Shown here: positions 59,760 through 64,000 of the stretch, one piece after another
How positions within the stretch are numbered: position 1 is the stretch's first letter
Layout of the letters: each line of letters begins with the position of its first letter
Assembly: GCA_907165135.1 (NCBI GenBank)
Contig: OU015569.1
Location: 6,882,001-6,946,000 of the forward strand
DNA length: 64,000 nt
Reading direction: 5' to 3'
Origin: Oikopleura dioica
Lineage: Eukaryota; Animalia; Chordata
Translations under genes and position numbers: made by a program
Notes under the pieces: model-generated
The model's input: the letters and a program-made list of their open reading frames with translations, nothing else
Database searches by the model: none
Told to the model about the DNA's origin: nothing

Positions 59760-62700
59760 CCTCAAAGCAGATCGATGGTGCACGCGTTAAATTCAGTTTG
59801 AGAGCTAGGGCAACCCGCTACACGAAGAAACTTCCTCAATCGCTCAGTATTTTTCATTTATATGATTTTGTCCATCAAGCAATAGCGTTTGCGAGATCGT
59901 GCACAATAGAAAAAGAGAGAGATTCCTTCTGCTCTAATATTTTTCCACGGGTTGTCACGGGCTCGCGCAGTTTCGCTCAGTTCTGAAGTACACGTTTGAA
60001 CAAAATTCTCTCCCCTTTACGTAACAAAACGGTGGCGGAATTCTTTCGAAAGGGACGAACTGGTTCGACTCGAGCTAACTCGTACTAACCTGAGTTTTGA
60101 TCGGGCTGAATGAAGCCGCTCTGAACGGTTCCAGGAGGAGCTGCGCGTGAACCCTGCATTGTTGTCTGTATAAGTCAAAGATGAGGTACGCTATTTGTTT
60201 GTTACCTATATGGACACTCCTATTGAATCCGGAAGATTCGTTGGAAAGGCTTTGTTGGTTGGTAGACTCGGCTGAAATTTCCGGCTCCCCTAAAGTTTTT
60301 TGTTTTGTTGTGTTTATGCTCGTAACGTGCAAAGTGCAACAAACACACTCACCTCCGCAAAGTTTTCGAAGCTCAAGCTGGAAACTCTCCGACACAGAAA
60401 AATAGATGAATGGATTGATTATTGAATTTCCGAGAGCTAAAAATTCAACATCTCAATCGAAGGAGACGCAACTTACAAAAAAGCTTCGACACCACTTCGT
60501 AGACAAAGTCGTTGCCATTTATTGTGCCGCCATTATTGCTGTAGTAGTCAAGGACTGAAACTCGATAAACGCGGTGAGAATTGTAAGGCACTGTACCTAT
60601 TCGCATTTGATTGGCGTGATAAGGTGCCCAAAAGACGATGAAAAGAGCACAGCAAGCAACAGTCATAAGCATCACCTAGAGTTTGGCATAAGTTGCGTTT
60701 TTTTTGAAGCGTGCTTTTGGAACGTGAAATTTATTAATTTCTTACTCGTGAATTAATTAATTAACACATTTCATAAGGCCACTTTACCGAGTGGAATGAA
60801 TTACCTTCACCCGCAGTCGTTGAGTCTTTTCTGTGTATCCCAGAGGCTGCCTTCTTAGATAGCTTAAAAACGTCTTATTTTTCACATGAGATTGACTTCA
60901 CGGACCTTGAAATGGCAAATGCCTGACCAGTTACTGTTCCGGCTGGGAGGATGAAAGTGACGACGATGAGCAAGATACGGTAAACCTAAAGTGATTGATG
61001 CAAATTGACCTTACTAGTTTTATGATAAGCAATAATAAACACTCGGTGTTTTTAATCAAGCGCTATTAATTGACTGTACTAAGGCGCCTGAAAATAGAAT
61101 TACCTGCACGTGGCTCGCTTGAGAGAGATCGCCAAGCGAGCAAATTGAGAGGTTTCCAAACTCTTCTGATCCCAAAGAGTAAATCTTGCATTCATGGCTT
61201 TAGGGTGTAATGCGCTTTCAACGTTACTCGAATCGAAAATTTATACTCATCATAATCTACGGATCGTAATTGGGTGGCCAAGCGCCTTAAAACGATCTGC
61301 AACTCGGGGCTGGCTGACACGAGCCTCTATTTTGCAAACGCGCGCTCCGAATTTTGGAGCGGAAGAATCAACAAATTCCAATAATCGTTCCATAGAACAC
61401 CCTTCTAAAAGATTACCCTTTTCGAAAGAGGGTTCACATAAAATAGTAACTGATGTAGCGCGAAGCAATTACAAAAATACACGACAGCGCGTTCTGTTCT
61501 CCGTAATTTGATAAAGCCATCGCCATAAAACTGGAGCAGATGTGATAATGGCGCCCGTCCACGCCGCCACGATTGCTCTAAAATTACAACTAGGTTTAAT
61601 TGACCATTCTTGGTCGGCTCAGATTTTCGGCCTGCCTCTTCGCTATTTGGGATATTTCTAATGTCGCAGTGTTTGCAAAAATTACGCACCTGACTGCGGC
61701 TGTGCGTGACTTGAACCGAAGAAATCGCATAGTAAAGACGATCGCGAAGAATCTCTCGCTGCTCATTATCTAACGCGGGCTAGCCCACCGGTCTTGGTGA
61801 AGGGGTAGTATATTTTTCCTACGTGGAGATTAGCCCGAGCCAGCATCAAATAGTTCGACGCACAAAGGTTGAGATAAATGAAGAAATGAAATGATTTGCA
61901 CATTGCATTTGAAAATGGCCTATCACAAGGATTCAGATGGCTGTTGATTAATAAATCCACTTGAACATGGCCTCTACGGAATTAATAATTATATATTATC
62001 AAAAGCATCATCGATTTCTCCCTGGGTAAATGAAGTTCATTCTACGAACATTCCAAGTTCTCTGGTGTTTATCTGAATCCAAATCAAGAATTTGTAGTGA
62101 AGATAAAAGCTTGCAAAGGCACCATGAATAAAACAACAGAAAAGTCAGCAATAGACAAGGACCAAATAAGAAGATTCGTTGTATTTTTGCGCCACTTTCC
62201 AGTTTTAAGAAGTACTAATAGAGTCAGTCCATTTCCAATGATTCCTTGTTTAGGTTACTAGCAGTGCTTGTAAGGATAAGTTTCGACTATTCCGCGTTCA
62301 GATCGGGTTAGCTGCGGAGTTTAGTATGGCTCAGTGGAAAGTCTCCCAGGAAGGGAATCTGTTTTAAGTAACCATGTGCCTATGACGAAGATCGCCGCGC
62401 AGACTGCGAGGATAGTGTACTCGACCCATCCGAACTTCTGAGCTCTTTTCTCGCGGTTAGCAAACATCATATATAATGCCGTTATTTCTTGCTGCGTGGA
62501 AAATTATCCGTGTTTTGGTCGGAAAGAATGCCTTATACGAAATGTAATTCTCAAATATACATTTTTCGGTCAGACGATTGTAAAGAGTACGTTTCTTGAG
62601 TTTGAGTTTGCAACCGCTCCCCAGTTAGAGGACATTCCTCGTACAGGCAGGCGCAGAGGAACTGCCAAACCTCGCACTTCTCGTTGTAAATGTCTTCGGC

Positions 62701-62978
62701 TGTCCAGTTTGAAGGAAGCTAAAATCATTTATTAGGGAATTAGAGTCCTCGAAAGAGCTGCCCATAAGGAACGATGGCTGTCCAATTATCTGTCAATTTT
62801 CAAATACTGTCAGAACCAGCTTTGTCATTGATTAAACACTTTTCCGTACCTTGTCCAACTGTTGGTTCCAAATATCACTGAAACTGGCCTCTACCTCGGA
62901 GCGTTTGTCCAAGAATTTCTGAGCAGTTTGGCACACACATGTTTCATAGAAATCATCTCGGAGGTCATGATCGCCCAT
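59760..62978 (-). CDS. Class A peptide GPCR, galanin/allatostatin-A receptor-like (C-terminal end uncertain)
   Basis: TM1 IFVIGIIGNG; TM2 TTNLLIWSLSIADFSVVLFMVPLQA; TM3 MCKSFHFF...MSSERF; TM4 AWTGAIITSAP; TM5 TFILP; TM6 FIVFWAPYH; TM7 GNSIINPFIYFSVSESF. Confidence 0.85.
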
Positions 62979-64000
62979 CAAACATCACTTGAGTCTGTCT
63001 CTCTCACGTTACGTTTTCAGTTTTGCTTCTTCGGCTTCACTGCTGTTCAGTTCGCCCGCTGAAATGGGCAAGTAGAGCACAGCCATAAAAAGTATTTTCA
63101 GTTAGGCTAAATGTACGCTCTATGTTAGCGCAAAATGCACCCGTGTCTTTACAGCAAATTAAGCCAACCAAATAGAGACTATTGAATTTGGGAAAGGTAT
63201 GAAAGGAATTCAAAAACAAGAATAAAATGTAATTATTCATGAGTCACAAACATGGATATCTTATCCTCTGAGTAACATTTCTTTTTCATTGGTGATAGAT
63301 TGGAAAAAATATCAGATGTAAAAATGCCAGTTCGAATTCACCAAGAAATTTATATTAATTTTTAAGCTCTTTATTTGATTAGAGATGCCTTCCTTTTTTC
63401 TCTTTGAGACTTTTTACGTTCGACTTACGATTCTCTCTTTACTAAACTTTTAATGATTAAAAATTATGAATAATGGTCAAAGGTGAAAGTTCCTCGAGCG
63501 AAAAACTGTCTGCCTTTGCGATTGTGTGCCTGAGTCGCCACTGAGCCTTGCTTTATCGCCAGTAGCGTGTGCGTCTAGATGCAGTGTGCCCTGGCCAGAG
63601 GTAGTAAATCACACTATGTGATAATTAATTCGTCATGTAAAGAGTCGACTGAGGACTGATGGATTAATTCCGAGCGCTAATAGAAAAAAACTGAAGCCAG
63701 TGTTTTGATCCATGGCTCCTTCAATTTTTGAACGAAAAGTAAATCTGGTTTACCAACAGAATATTTTCTACGTTTGAATCAACATCACATGCTTCTGGCT
63801 CTGATTTAGATTTTCTTAATCGAGATAGACGCAGTAAAGCCGAAAACAGGCAATTTAATCAAATTTACATGGATCTTGTGATCCAATCAGCCGAAAAGGT
63901 TTCATTTATGATCTTAACCATGGACAAATAAATTATATGGAATGAACCCCTAAAGCAAGCGGACATGGATGTACAGTGTAGATTAAAGATTATTAGCAGG

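Noticed and set aside
60040-60090. GGTTCGA T-loop-like motif suggesting a tRNA (also at about 41963 and 46323)
   Set aside because: No cloverleaf stems or A-box, and the sites lie in or next to coding exons or UTRs.

Overview
Compact eukaryotic genomic DNA with dense genes, mostly 35-80 nt AT-rich introns, and several GA-AG and GC-AG introns. Same-strand genes lie 70-180 nt apart with acceptor-like sites just before the ATG. This architecture best fits a larvacean tunicate such as Oikopleura dioica (inference, no search run). Plus-strand genes: an orphan multi-exon gene, a multi-C2H2 zinc-finger gene, a divergent class I PI3K, an SLC6 transporter, an NDUFB4-like gene, C8orf82/UPF0598, UTP20, a small ORF, a tandem-repeat protein, strawberry notch (SBNO), a HEATR4-like gene, a basic orphan gene and a LITAF-domain gene. 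Minus-strand genes: GATAD2/p66 nested in an SBNO intron, a secreted orphan, Onecut, an EGF-like membrane protein, an M14A carboxypeptidase with a likely GPI signal, and a galanin/allatostatin-A-type GPCR. Best observations: (1) a transposon-like insertion in C8orf82 coding sequence whose CAAGGA duplication supplies both a GA donor and an AG acceptor (introner-like intron); (2) three further MITE-like elements; (3) p66 nested antisense in a 4.15 kb SBNO intron; (4) a 16 x 48 nt coding array carrying six YENI motifs. Gene models were assembled by eye, so internal exon boundaries are approximate. No tRNA, rRNA, SL RNA or CRISPR array was recognised.
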